In this document: piece after piece, positions 11,404 through 24,451 of the stretch | Layout of the letters: each line of letters begins with the position of its first letter | Numbering within the stretch: the stretch's first letter is position 1 | Assembly: GCF_030144855.1 (NCBI RefSeq) | Contig: NC_082724.1 | Location: 9,362,001-9,426,000 of the forward strand | Source: Hypanus sabinus | Lineage: Eukaryota | Direction: 5' to 3' | Length of the DNA stretch: 64,000 nucleotides | Made by a program: the position numbers and the translations under genes | The notes under the pieces: generated by a model | The model's database searches: none | What the model was told of the DNA's origin: nothing | What the model saw: the letters and a program-made list of their open reading frames with translations, nothing else

Positions 11404-14117
11404 TTTATTCATTTCCCTAGATGCTGACTGATCTGCTGAGTTCCTCCAACATTTTGTGTGTGTTATCTTGTGAATGTTGTTAGCATCTATGTTTTCACCA
11501 CCCCACTCCAGCAAAAAGACAGGGTGTTGGGTGCCAAGAATGCAGTAGAGGTAAACATGAAAGAGATGTTTAACAGTCCCTTGGATGCACAGACTGTGGG
11601 GATATGGGCTATATGCACACGGAAAAGAAAAGTTAGGCTTTTAATTACTAGTTTAATCAGCTTAAAACAACATCGTGGGCCAAAGGTTCTGTTCCTGTGC
11701 TGTATTCTTCAGTGGTCTAGTCATTTGTCATTGTAGGAAAATCCAGAAGCCAGTGCAAAGCAAGACCATGTGATGATGTGTGTGATTATGATTGCAGGAT
11801 AAATTTCAGTCACAATATAGGAAGAACCTCCCATCTCTATTCTGACACTTTTGAATCTTTTATGTTCCCTGAGACACCCCCAGAGGTTTAACGGTATTGC
11901 ACTGACTGAGCTGGCCTCTGTATTGCCAAAGTCATAGTGAGAGTCTTCAACTGAAGTGTTTCATTCTGTTCCTCACCCTCTTGGATTTCAACAAATTCGA
12001 TGGTCTGGTGTGGTAGCATAGCTGCAAGTGTAACGCTATTACAGAACCAGCGACCTGGGTTCAATTCCGCCGCTGTCTGTAAGGAGTTTGTACGTTCTCC
12101 CCGTGACTGCGTGGGTCTTGGGTGTGTGCTCTGGTTCCTCTCACATTCCATAACAGGACATGCCTAACATACAGGTCAGTAGGTTAATTGGTTGTACCAG
12201 TGTAACTGGGCGGCACAGGTTTATTGGACCTGCTGCTAACATCCCCGCTATACTTTCCTCCAATCATCTTAAAATTATGACCTCTCATTTTTGCTACTTT
12301 CACCCTGAGAAAAAGTCTCTGGCTGTCCATTCTTTCTATGCCCCTTTTATAAAAATCTTAGACACCCCTATCAAGTCGGCTCTCATCCTCCTTTGCTCCA
12401 AAGAGAAAAGCCCTGGTTCACTCAGTCTATTCTCATGGAAGCTGGGGAGGGGGGGTGGGGGCGGAGATGCAAAGGGCTAAAAAAGAGGGATTTGATAGGA
12501 AGTACAGGCCACAAGATTGTTTTTAAAAGGCTGCAAAGCTAAAGGTACCTAATCATTAAAGATGTGTCCAATAAATGGGAGATTGCTGAAGCTAAGCAAC
12601 ATGTCTTTAAGCTCAGTAAGACAGTATTCTCTGCAGTGGGAGAGGATTGTGGAGCACCTCATATGGACTTTCTCCTTACCCTGTCCAGTATCATCCAGTT
12701 ACAGAGACTGTTAGGGCATACTCTGGAGTTAAGGTATATAGCAAATATTAATTTCACCAACAACCAATCTTCTGACATGAACATAGACTGCAGACTGATT
12801 TTTAAATGCAGCCCTGAATAACAGTTTTCCTGGAACTGTGGACTGGAGTTGATTGGAAACCAGACAATGCTGATTAACATTCATTTTGGGTGTCTGGAGC
12901 GTGGGTGAGAAGGAGGTGTGTGAAAACTGTATGTAATTTAAAGGAAGCACTGTAGAAACATTGTAACTATAGAATTACTCTGCTGTTACCTTTGAAAAAT
13001 GTCATGCACTCTTCCTCCAAGAGTGTCTCAACACCTGTTCTTGGTGAACAAAACGCTTCCATAGCCATCAGCTTCAATGTCTCTCCAGTGATTTTATTCA
13101 TGTTACAACAGAGACCATGGAAGAGGTGCAGAAAGTGGTGGAAGGGAATTCAGTGACATTTGCACAAAAAAAAAAGGGGGGGGGAAATGACTCATTTTCT
13201 TTTCTCCCTGTGAGTGCAGCCATTTTTCCTATGTTGCTCAATTCCCATACCAGGTAGAGCAAACATTAAGTTGTTTTCTTTTGATCCAGTAGTGCCCTCA
13301 TTCAGAAAGAGGTACTTGGCAACGTGTGGTGCAGAATCACACTTACCAAGATCAGACTCCTTGTTTCTGCCAATGGAAGGCAATGTATCTCTCTTCGGTT
13401 TTTGTGGGTAAGATTGATCCATTTCTTCCTGTGTTTGGCTGTGGCTATTTTTTGCCTGAAAGAGACAGCAAACTGGAAAATGAAGTCATTCAGAGGGTAT
13501 TTATTATCCCAACCCATGATCTCATTGAAACCTATCGAATATTGAAAGACCTGCATAGAGTGGACATAAAAAGGACATTTCCTACACTGGGGGAGTCTTA
13601 GACTGGAGGGCACTGCACCAGAATAGGATGCCCATTTAGAAAAGAGACAGAAATTTCTTTAGCCAGAGGTGAATCTGTGGAATTCAGTGCCACAGACTGC
13701 TATAGAGGCCAGGTTACTGGGTTTATTTGAATCAGAGGTTGATAGGTTCTTGATTAGTCAGGGCGTCAAAGATTATGGGAAGAAGGCAGGAGAATAGGGT
13801 TGAGAGGGATAATAAATCTGCTATAATAAAATGGTGGAGCACATTCGATGGACCAAATGGCCTAATTCTGCTCCGATATATTATGATCTTTACCATCTAT
13901 ATGAACAACTGCAGGCACCCCTCCAAAGTACATACTATCCTGACTGAGAAATTTATCATCAGCCTTCAAAATTGCTGGGTCTAAATCCAGAAACCGCTCA
14001 GCCAATATTGCAGGAACACTTTCTTGACTATACATGTTCCCAACCTGTTTCTTGTAAGAATGCTATTTCCTTTTCTCAGTTCCTTCATCTCCAACACATC
14101 TGTTCCCAGGATGAAGC

Positions 14118-14478
14118 TGTCATGGTCCCAACTGTTAATTCCCCACTTTCTCCTAATTCCCTTTGATTGCAACACACCTGATTCTCATCTAAACCTGCAG
14201 CATAAATTTCCTGGCTTTGCATCCACTCATTGCCAGATCATTGTTTTAGCCAGTGTGGTAATTCATGTTCCCGGCCGTTTAGGATTGTGTATCCTAAGTT
14301 ATACTTCAGTACCGAGGCTTACCTGTGTAACTCTGTCTCTCCATGTCAAGATAAGAATTGCCTGCCGCCCGTCTCCTGTTTGCTGTGCAACTCTGGCCTC
14401 GCTCACACCCTCGTCTGCATCCTAACTCTATCTCCATGCGAGAGTCCTGCGTTTGGGTTCACCCCGTTCCTTGCAACA
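14118..14478. mobile_element. Solo LTR (361 bp) with 5-bp TSD
   Basis: TGT...ACA termini; TSD gaagc at 14113-14117 and 14479-14483; splits a Penelope-like fragment. Confidence 0.8.
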
Positions 14479-15279
14479 GAAGCTTTCCTTTCCAGGACCT
14501 CAGGGTCGTCTTCAAAGAAGACTGATATGTTCTCTGTAAAGCCAAAGCTGCTTCCAAAATGCACCCTTAAGTACTAACTTTGTAAGTAAGGCAATCCTGT
14601 ACACAGTAGACCAGCACCAATACAAGCCGACCCCCAGGTTATGAACACACATACATATACTGAGTTCCAGTGTGCCATTGCATTCAGATGTAGAAGGATT
14701 CTTCACTACTGTTTCCATAACCATTTTGTTTTATCAGTCAGGGTTGTTAGCCATGTGCTGAACTCCCACTGCTGGAGGACCGGTGGACCAGTCTTAGTCT
14801 GGTCTCAACCCTTTGACCTGTTTGGCATGGGTGACCCAACCAAGAGCAAAGCACAATGCCTTGACTTTAGCCAAGATAGCTCTCCGGGTCATTGAGGCAC
14901 ACAAGCCTCCAAACCACAGCAAGGTGTTGGTGCTTTTGGAGGAAAGGCGGGTTACTGGCACCTTAAATCCAGTCACTTCAGGCAGATTGGGCTCATCAGC
15001 CGTGGTTGGCAGCTCATCGAGGAGAGGGAAAACTGATCTCAAGCCTCTGCTGCCTTGTGGCTATACCCATTCATGGCAAAAGCTTCAGGTGTAAGCCCCA
15101 AGGGAAAAGTCTGGAGCTGGATTCCCTAGGGCAGTCTTACATTGAGTTCAACACTGACTGGCAACTCCTGCAATACTGCTGGTGCCAAACTGTGTCGGTC
15201 ACTGCCGTTCCTTTGGGTTCATCAGGTGTGTGGAGGTGGGGGTGCTGCTGCATGTGCAACAGCTTGCTCTCCATTCTAA

Positions 15280-15960
15280 GTGAGGTGACACTTCACCTGT
15301 GAGCCTGTTAGGGTTATCTATTGCACCCGGTGTGGCCTCAGTGAGACCTGAAGTAGATTGAGAGACCGCTTTGTTGAGCACCTACTCTCTGTCCAGCAGA
15401 AAAAGCGGGATCTCCTAGTGCCCACCCATTTTAATTCCACTTCGTATTCCCATTCCAACATGTCCATCCATGGCCTCCTCTACTGTCGCAATGAGGCCAC
15501 ACTCAGGTTGGTGGAGCAACACCTTATATTCCGTTTGGGTAGCCTCCAACCTGATGGCATCAACGATGATCCTTGAACTTCTGGTAATTAAGTTAATCCT
15601 CCCTTCTCTATTCCCCATCCCTTTTTCCCTCTCTCACTTCATCTCCCTTGTCTGTCCAAAGCCTCCATCTGGTGCTCCTTCCTCTTTTTCTTTCTGTCCT
15701 CTCCTATGAGATTCCCCCTTCTCCAGCCCTGTATCACTTTCACCAATCAACTTCCCAGCTCTTTACTTCACCCCTCCCCCCTCCCAGTCTCAACTATCAA
15801 TTTTTGTTTCTTCCTCCCCTCTCCCCACCTTCTAACTCTGACTCCTCATCCTTTTTCCCTCCAATCCCGTTGAAGGGTCTCAGCCCAAAATGTCGACTAC
15901 ACTCTGTTCCCTAGATGTTGCCCGGCCTGCTGAGTTCATCCAGCATTTTATGTGTGTTGT
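15280..15960 (+). mobile_element. Penelope-like element fragment (GIY-YIG end + terminal repeat)
   Basis: RDRFVEH..HFNS..EQHLIFRLGSLQPDGIN; same terminal repeat as 7430-8145 and 11085-11465. Confidence 0.75.
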
Positions 15961-17218
15961 TCTCTATACTGTACTGCCTTGGCTTGCATATCCATTGTCA
16001 AATCTGACTGAAAGAGGCAACATGGTCACAATATCAAGTGATTTTTGTGTATTTGACTTATGAACAAGATCAACTTACGGATAGATGTCTGTTACTTAGG
16101 GACCCTGCCAGTGAACAATAACAATTAATTACTTCTTATTTGCAATTTAGTCTTCTATAAATTATTCACTAGAGTCCCCAGGTCCCTCAGTATCTCCAGA
16201 ACTCTCCAATCTCCGGCTCTGAGCATAACGTTTATCCTTTCCCATTTTCCTTGCTAAAATTTTAATTAGTTTCCTCACATTGTTTACCAGATCTTCGCTC
16301 CTTCCTTTAACCTGTGCTCAGTGGCTACTTTATCATTGCTGCAAATACCTAACCAGCTAATCACGTAGTAGCAGTTTGACTCATGCAGGCATGGTCACGG
16401 GGTTCAGAAAGGAGATTTGACTTTGTGACTTTGAGTTAGCACACTTAACAGTCCCTTCCAGCAAAGTGAGCCCACGCCGGCCAATTACCCCCAATTGCCC
16501 ACGCGCTATGCAGGAGCGAAAGGTTAGTTTGATCCTAAAGTTTTGTTAAAAGGTTGGCACAACATTGTAGGATGAAGGGCCTCTAATGTGATGTAATGCT
16601 CCATTTTTACCATTTACGTGGTGGTTGTCCAACAATAACACAAAGCCTGTTTGGGAGATTTTTTTGATGTGGAAAAGTCGTGGCACTGGGGCTGTTCCAC
16701 TTGCTCAAGCTCAGAAGTCCAGGTCCAGTGGAATGAACAAGCATCACAAACTAGGGTCTTCCTTGGTTGCAGTGGATGACCATGACATCGTCTGTGCCTT
16801 GTTATGCCCTTTGCTCTCCTCAGAGTGTTGCAGTACCACCTTCCCGGCCTTTGGATCTCACTGTTGGTCTCATCCACCCAATCTGCTGGAGCTGACTTCA
16901 CATGCTAGGTCAGACATGTCCCTATTTTAGCAGGGTATGATGCTGGTGGATACCCTCACCTGGTTCAGCCAACTTGTCAAAGAGGTGTACCGGGGTGTGG
17001 GTTCTGTCACATGCAGACAGCAATTTGGAGCCACAAATGAGAGCTGAGTGTCTGGTGGGGACAAAAGGTGAGTGAGCTGCCCTGGAATGGATACGACAAG
17101 CCCCTTTACCATAAGTGTCACCCCTCCCTGGACATCCCACACACTCCTGCCAATCATTGATGTAAATGACTGACAAATGCACTAAAGGTATGATTAATAA
17201 ATATATTGATGACACTAG

Positions 17219-17829
17219 TGTAACACTTACCCAAAAGGCCAGTATATGTCTAGGGGAAAAGGAGATCCAGCCCCACACCAATCCCACCGCCCGTACACGC
17301 AGGTGCTGTGAGAATCGAGTTTATGCCTCGCGCCCACCAACAGTATCAAACCCACAACAAATACCGTTATGAAATACACTTTAAAGAGTTTACTAAAATT
17401 AAAAGAGCATTAGGCTATACAATATATATACAAGGAAAAAACAAAAGGCGCCAATTTATCAAAGTTCAGTCTGTTTAGTGCACCCGTTGGAGCTCAACCA
17501 TCGAACCATTCGACCCTTCGTCACTTGCCTCCGACATCCACGTCTTCCACCACGGACTCCCCGGTGGTCTTCCGAGCGCACGTCCACCTCCCTCGGCGTC
17601 TTTCTCCCGACTCCCCTCACACCAAAAACCCGCGGAAACCCCTCCCCCAAGTTCCCAGCCTCACAAGACACAATAACATGCCCCATTGATTAACAAATGA
17701 ATACAATTACCATATCAGCCATTCTAAAGCTAAACAACGGCGAGAGAAACACTTATACGACAAAGAAGCATTCCTACTCGTAACAAACCAAAGAAGCCAT
17801 TTTGAGTAACATACACAGGGCATTGTACA
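17219..17829. mobile_element. Solo LTR (611 bp) with 4-bp TSD
   Basis: TGTA...TACA termini; TSD ctag at 17215-17218 and 17830-17833; CpG-rich interior. Confidence 0.8.
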
Positions 17830-17869
17830 CTAGGATAGACAGGAAAGTAATTAGTGAAAATGACCTTAA

Positions 17870-18395
17870 ATACCTCCTGTACCTAATAAAGTGGCCACTG
17901 ATTGTATGTGCGTGGTCTTCTGCTGCTGTCAAACCCATCCACTTTAAAGTTTGACAAGTTTGACATGCCTTCAGACATGGTTTTCTGAATGCTACCGTTG
18001 TAACACATGGTTATTTGAGTTACTAATTGCCATCCTGTCAATTTGAACCAGTCTGACCATTCCCCTCTGACCTCTCTCATGAACAAGGCCTTTTCATCCA
18101 CAGAACTGCCACTTACTGGACGTTTTTTCTTTTCTGTACCATTCTCTGTAAATTCTGGATCAGCAGTTTCTGAGATTCTCAAACCACCCTATCTGGCACC
18201 AACGATCATTCCACCGATAAAGACTTTTAGATCACATTTCTTCCCCATTCTGACATTTGGCATGAAAAACAACTGAACCTCTTGACCACGCCTGCATGCT
18301 TTTATGCACCGGGTTTCTGCCACATGATTGACTGATTAGATATCTACATTATCGAGGTGAACAGGTGTACCTAACTAAAGTGGCCACTAGGTATA
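17870..18395. mobile_element. Tc1-like DNA transposon relic
   Basis: Two copies of gtacctaa(c)taaagtggccact terminal-type motif, the second followed by TA; related piece at 16315-16430. Confidence 0.55.
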
Positions 18396-21175
18396 TATTA
18401 TGACTATGTAGAAATAAGCCTTGGAGACTGAAACCAGCACATCCTCAATCATCAACCTTTGACTGCACTCACCCAGGTCCAAACCACCCACCTGGCCTCA
18501 TAGTTGCAGAATGGTCCGTGAACACCAGCAGAAACTGATCATATTTTATCTTGCAGAAGCCTTATTTTAAAAAGTGCAGCCCATGTAGTGAAAGTTCTTC
18601 CACAGAGTAGCCAGGGAATGAGCTGTATGTTTTTAATTACCAGAGGCAATGAAGGAACTGTGAACTCTATCAACACAACAATATCTATCAATATTATCAG
18701 TATCTATTATCAAATGGCTAGCCAGACATTTTCCCAAGGTGGAAATGACTAATACAAAGGGCATATTTTTAAGGTGATTGGAGGAAAGTATGCGGGGGAT
18801 GTCAGAGCTAGATTTTTTTTTTACACATAGAGTGGTGAATGCCCTGCCAGAGGTGGTGATAGAGACAGATACATTAGAGATATTTAAGAGACTCGATAGC
18901 ACATGGGTGACAGAAAAATGGAAGGCTATCTTGGAATGATCTTAGAGTAGGTTAAAAGATCAGCACAACATCGCTAGCAGAAGGTCCTGTACTGTGAAGT
19001 ACTGCTCTATGTTCTATTGCACATTGTTGTGAACTTGTAGATTTCAGTCAGGCTCACACCTGATGCTAAATTCCCCACCAACCAGCACCATACTTTCAAC
19101 ACCACTTCCTCGTCACTGAGAGACTACCAACCACAAGCCACCATGGGCTGATTTGCCATCCCTTCATTTTTAGACTATGGGACTACAAGAACAATCCATC
19201 TCGAACTGATCAGGAGAGCAGCACCAACCAAGACATCACATTATCCCACAACCATCCAAAGTATTGGTCTTACCGTCTTCACCCTTCCTTCCTCTGGAAG
19301 ATGTCCAGTGACCACCCGTGTGCAGAACCTCCAGTCAGCAGCTTCCAATGCTTGACGTTCTCTTAAATCAACATTTATTTTCACATAAGAGGACGCAAGA
19401 CCACTTCCAACCCAGTCCTAAAAGTTCTGAGATCAGGAAGGTTAAATCCTTTTCTTCAAAACTCTTTGAAATTGTCCACGGAACCTCTCCAGTTTATTCC
19501 TTCATCACAGCCCATGCCTGGATCAGCATTATCCTGCTTACAGCTTGTGTGTCTGAGGTTTAACCGCACTGCAGGGTCATAATATTGACAGCCTATGTCA
19601 CCATGGTAAGCTGTTGAGAGCCAGCCAGGTGTGGAGTGAACAGCTGTCATTCAGAGCACGAGCAGTAGGTGTACGCTGGCTGCAGAACTGATGAGAGGCA
19701 TGGCATTAAACATTCATAACTATGCACATTCTGCAAGCCCACCTGGCAAACACAGTAAAATATTCATACATGTGCCGGCATCTCTAAGAAATTGTACTCT
19801 GAAATAAGGAGTAATTTCTTCAGTGGGAGAGTGGATTCATTGCCACATACTACTGTGGAGGCCAAGTCCATTGGGCATATTTAAAATAGAGGTTGATAGG
19901 TTCTTGATTAGTAAGGGTATTAAAGGCTATGGGCAGAAGACAGGAGAGTAGGGTTGAGAGGGACTATGTATCAACCATGAAATGGCAGAGGTGACTTGAT
20001 AGGCTTGAATGGCCTAATTCTACTCCTGTCATAAGTACTTCTGAGTGGACATTGAACCCATGAATACTACCTCACTAATTTTTTGCGCTACTTAAATATA
20101 TTTATTTACTGTAATTCACATTTTTCTCTATTATTATGTATTGCATTGTACTGCTGCTTCAAAGACAATAAATTTCACGACATACTCCTGTGATATTAAA
20201 CCTGATTCTGATAGCTTTAAAAAATGGTGACACACTAGCATTGTGGTTAGAGTAACACTATTACAGTGCCAGCAGGTTCAATTCCACTGCTGCCTGTAAG
20301 GAGTTTGCACATACTCCCCATGAACGCATGTTTCCTCCAAGTGCTCCAGTTTCCACCCACATTCCAGAAACATATGGTTCCATAGGCTAATTGGTCATGT
20401 GGGTATAAATGGGTGGCATAGGCTCTTTGGGCTGGAAGTGTCTGACACATTATGTATCTCTAAATAAAAATTAAAAATAAATAACAGAAAATCCCAGCCA
20501 TTTCTTAAAATGCCACCAAAGAAATTATTGCAGGGATAAAGAGCTCTAAAGACAAAAGATTTAAAAATTTGACAACCAATTTAAGCGAAATCAGTAAAAC
20601 GCAAATTATCCAGTATCCAATTGTTCAGAAATCCCAAAGGTTATCAGGTTAACTCATTTGTACACCAAGGCCAGCGATCCACAAATTCATATACATACAA
20701 GGTCAGCGGTGTGTTACCAGGTGTATGGTCACAAACAGGGTCTGGAACATGAATCGGTCTGCAGCCATAGCCAAACTCTAGACAGTTGGTTGATTGTATC
20801 ACAGAATTGGAACCCAGGGTGCGAGTCAGGACCTGCACTGTTTGTCTGTTTCAGACTGTTGACCTGTGGCTTGACAATTTCATCTTTGATAGGGTCTTTC
20901 CTCCATTTATCAGAATCATCAGCCAACGTGGTGGCTACTAGTAGAGTCAGAATCATACAGCACAAAAATGGGCCTTTCGTGCAACAACACCAACATACCC
21001 ATCTAAGGTTATCCCATCTGCTTGTGTTTTGCCCATAGTCCTGCCTACATTGCTGCCTCAGTTAATGTACTTGCCTCAACCAGTTCAGAGCATTGCTACC
21101 TGCCCCATTTCAGCACAGCTCTGCAAGTTCCCTACCCTCTACCATCAACCTGAGAGCACTGATGAATTCTTCCCA

Positions 21176-22486
21176 TTTCTTTTTTAAACCATCAGCTTTG
21201 GATAGGGCTTTTTTAACATGGAAAATTAAGGGAATAAAAACTTTTTTAGATTTGTTCTTACAAGACTGTTTAATGTCTTTTTCACAGTTAATAGATAAAT
21301 ATGATATCTCTAATACACATTTTTTCAGTTATTTACAGGTTAGGAATTTTTTACGTGATTTTTTACCGAATTACCCCTTGGCCTGCTCTTTAAATTTGGC
21401 TTATATTATTTTTCAGTTTAAACCTTTTCAAAAACGATTAATAGCTATCATTTATAAACAGTTAATGAATGCTCGCATGTCACCTAAAACGTACCTGGGA
21501 AGTAGAACTTCAACATTCACTTTCAGATAATCAGTGGAGTAAAATTTATTATTTAGTCAATAATTCATCTATCTGCTCACGCCACATCTTAATTCAGTTT
21601 AAGATAGTACATAGGGCCCATTTGTCCAAAGATAAAACTGGCGCATATTTTTCCGAATATAAGCCCTATTTGTAACAGATGTAACGCAGAAGTGGCTACT
21701 CTAACTCATATGTTTTGGTCATGTGTACGTTTAAATAATTTTTGGAGGGATGTGTTTGCAATATTATCAAAGTTATAAATATGAATGTTCAACCTAATCC
21801 ACTTACAGCAATTTTTGGGATTATTCCAGAGGAAGCAAGCAAAGTGTCTGCTTCTGCCCAACATGTGATAGCTTTTTCAACTTTATTGGCTAGGAGAGCT
21901 ATTTTGCTACATTGGAAAGAATCTAACCCATCTGCTGTTTTTTCATTGGCTCTCCTCCATTATGTCATGTCTAAGTCTGGAGAAAATTAGAAGCCGGACA
22001 TTTTATACATCCTTTAATTTTGAACAAGTCTGGCGACCCTTTATTCAATATTTTCAAATGATATAATTTATTTTTTTTTAATTTATTTTTCTTTATTCTC
22101 TTTGGGGAAAATCCCTATCCATGAAGGATCGGAGATGACTGGAAGGATGTGTTTTTTTTTCTAATTTTATCCTCAATTGGACTGCACAATCTTTCTTTTC
22201 CTTTCCTTTTTTTTCCTCTTTTTTTTTGTTTTTTTATTTCAGTTTAGTTAGTGGGGGGTTTTTCCCTTATCAATAAAATTTCCAATCTTTTTTTTTATGA
22301 TCGTTATGAGGAGTTGTAGTTTTTTTTAAACCATTGTATATATAGCAGCATAATATTTTACTTACTTGATTTTGATATTATATACTTTTTGTTTTTACTA
22401 TTGCCGTTTATATGTCTTTTATATTATCCTCTTCCGATTTGTATATTCTTTATTTAGAAATCAATAAAAAAAGATTGAAAATGAAA
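21176..22486 (+). mobile_element. 5'-truncated L1-clade LINE with 14-bp TSD
   Basis: QFKIVHR and CNRC..HMFWSC zinc knuckle; T-rich 3'UTR; AATAAA with an A/(TGAAAA) tail; TSD atgaattcttccca at 21162-21175 and 22487-22500. Confidence 0.85.
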
Positions 22487-23810
22487 ATGAATTCTTCCCA
22501 CCACTCCCACTGGCAACATATTCCAGATCTTAACTATGCTCACTTTGACCATCAAAACATGGGAGAAACCATCAAAAACTCCCACAGCCCTGATGATCCT
22601 GTGATTTGTCTCTGAGGCTGACCTGCAAGCAGCCTTCAGAAAGGTGAAACTACAAAAGGCAACTGGCCCAGATGGCGCACCTGGCCGATTACTAATGACC
22701 TATGCTTAACAACTGGCTGGAGCACTCAATGAGTTGGTCATGGTGGATTTAAAATATGGAATAAACACTGAACTCAAACGGGTCAAGGACAGTAGAAGCA
22801 GACAGACCAATTGTCTTTATTCCTGCCATGTGCTTGGAGCTGGAAGCTGCCGTTTTGTGGAACTGTTTTATGTCCTCTTATTTTGTGAGATGAACTTACC
22901 TTGCTTTCAGTGTTTTAAAGACACAATGATGCTTCAGATTGGATGTAAAGAGGATGTTTCCTATAGTGGAGGAGTCTAGGACCAGAGGGCATAGCTTCAG
23001 ATTAGAGTGACATCCATTTAGAACAGAAATAAGAAAGAATTTCATCTGTGATGGGGATCCTGGACAGGAGTCCTGCCTGAGACTCCAGTGATCTAACCCA
23101 ATGTCTCCATTGTTGCCCTGTTCTAGGGGGAAGGAGGACTAAAATGATATGTAGGTATCCTGTAGGGTATGATCCCACCTCCCCATCACAGTGAGAAATG
23201 GAGAGGTGGGAAGGGCCTCACAAGGAGCATGAACAAGCCGTGATAGGTGTCTCAACCGAGTGTTAAAATAACCAGCGGATAGTTCACTGATTACAGAGCA
23301 GCTTACACTACACACAAACCATTAAATCAGCAATGGATTTATAAGATATAGGAGCAAAGCTAGGACATTTAGCGCTTCCACCATTCAATCATGACTGATT
23401 TTTCTGAACCCCATTCTCCCACTTTCATCCGACAACCCCCCCCCCACCTTCTTATTCTGGCTTCTTCCCCCTTCCTTTCCAGTCCAGAAGGTGGCTTTCA
23501 GCATGAAAAGTCAACTGCATATTCAATTCCATAGATGCTGCCTGATCTGCAGAGTCCCTCCAGCATTTTGTGTCTGTTGCCCTGGATTTCCAGCATCTAC
23601 AGGATGTCTTGTGTTCCTATTTAACAGAAGCTGTCAGACCTGCTGAGTATTTCCAGCATTTTCTGTTCTTACTCTTATTTCAAGTGTCCTGCACCTGTAG
23701 ATTTTATTTTATTCTTTAATACTGGTAAGTGTCTATTGTCTTAGCACCAAAAAGCATTACTGTTTTGCCACCTGAAGGCACTGCCTGACCTGCTGAGTGT
23801 TTTGAGCATT

Positions 23811-24451
23811 TTATCCCAGACTCCCAGCATCTGCATTGTCCAAGCCACAATCTCCCTTCTGACAACTCTTCAGGACTTGCAGCCCGTCACCACAGATGGC
23901 AAAGAAGTGGGTTCCCGCAGGATCTCCTTTCCAGCATTCTAGCTCGGCGATATCTGCGACCTGGCACCATCTGCTGTGCACCAGGCTCAGGCTGCGGCGG
24001 CTCAGTGCCCAGTGGGTTAGTCGCTGGTCAACTGAGGTCGAAGCCAGCAGCCGTGAGCTCAGGATCCTCAAGCCAGTGACTTGGGCAGCGTGTGCACTCT
24101 CGACAAAAGGGCCCTTCAGAACCTGCAGTCTGACCTTGCGGTCTGTGCCCCATCCATCTGCAATTACTTCCAGCTGGTTCCAACCCATGTCTTCCGCCTG
24201 AAAGTCTATAGGATCTGCACCATTCCTGCTTCCCATCAGTTCCACATCCGTGATCTCCCACTGCTTGTCCGAGCTCAGAACTCGTGCACCATCGCTCTGG
24301 TTACCAGACACAATACAAATCACCCAGACTCGAATGGCATTGTCATCTCCGCCACTGGCCAGGAGGTAACAACCATTGCCTAGATGCCTGATGTCCAGAC
24401 TGTTCACTCCATTCTGATGGGCCTTGAACACCAAGCAGGGAGATCCCAGAT
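23811..24451 (-). CDS. WDR6: WDR6 last coding exon; total CDS 3378 nt = 1125 aa (TRM734 orthologue, FTSJ1 partner for tRNA position-34 2'-O-methylation)
   Basis: tttacag| acceptor in phase 1; AHQNGVNSL, ASGGDD, SAHAAQVTG, SVDQRLT motifs; TAA at 23811. Confidence 0.95.

Noticed and set aside
12680-12893. Exon with good splice sites and compatible phase
   Set aside because: Three stops in the required frame; not reported as CDS
19274-19416. Exon-like segment; in-frame TGA considered as selenocysteine
   Set aside because: The frame that would join the orphan exon has at least two TGAs and no SECIS was seen; the open frame hits a stop soon after splicing
20644-21038. Short ORFs in unique sequence, one with a signal-peptide-like start
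   Set aside because: Start lies in repeat-derived sequence; no consistent splice or frame support
1-23800. DALRD3 or miR-191/425 expected from human synteny
   Set aside because: No recognisable exon or miRNA sequence seen; they may lie outside the window
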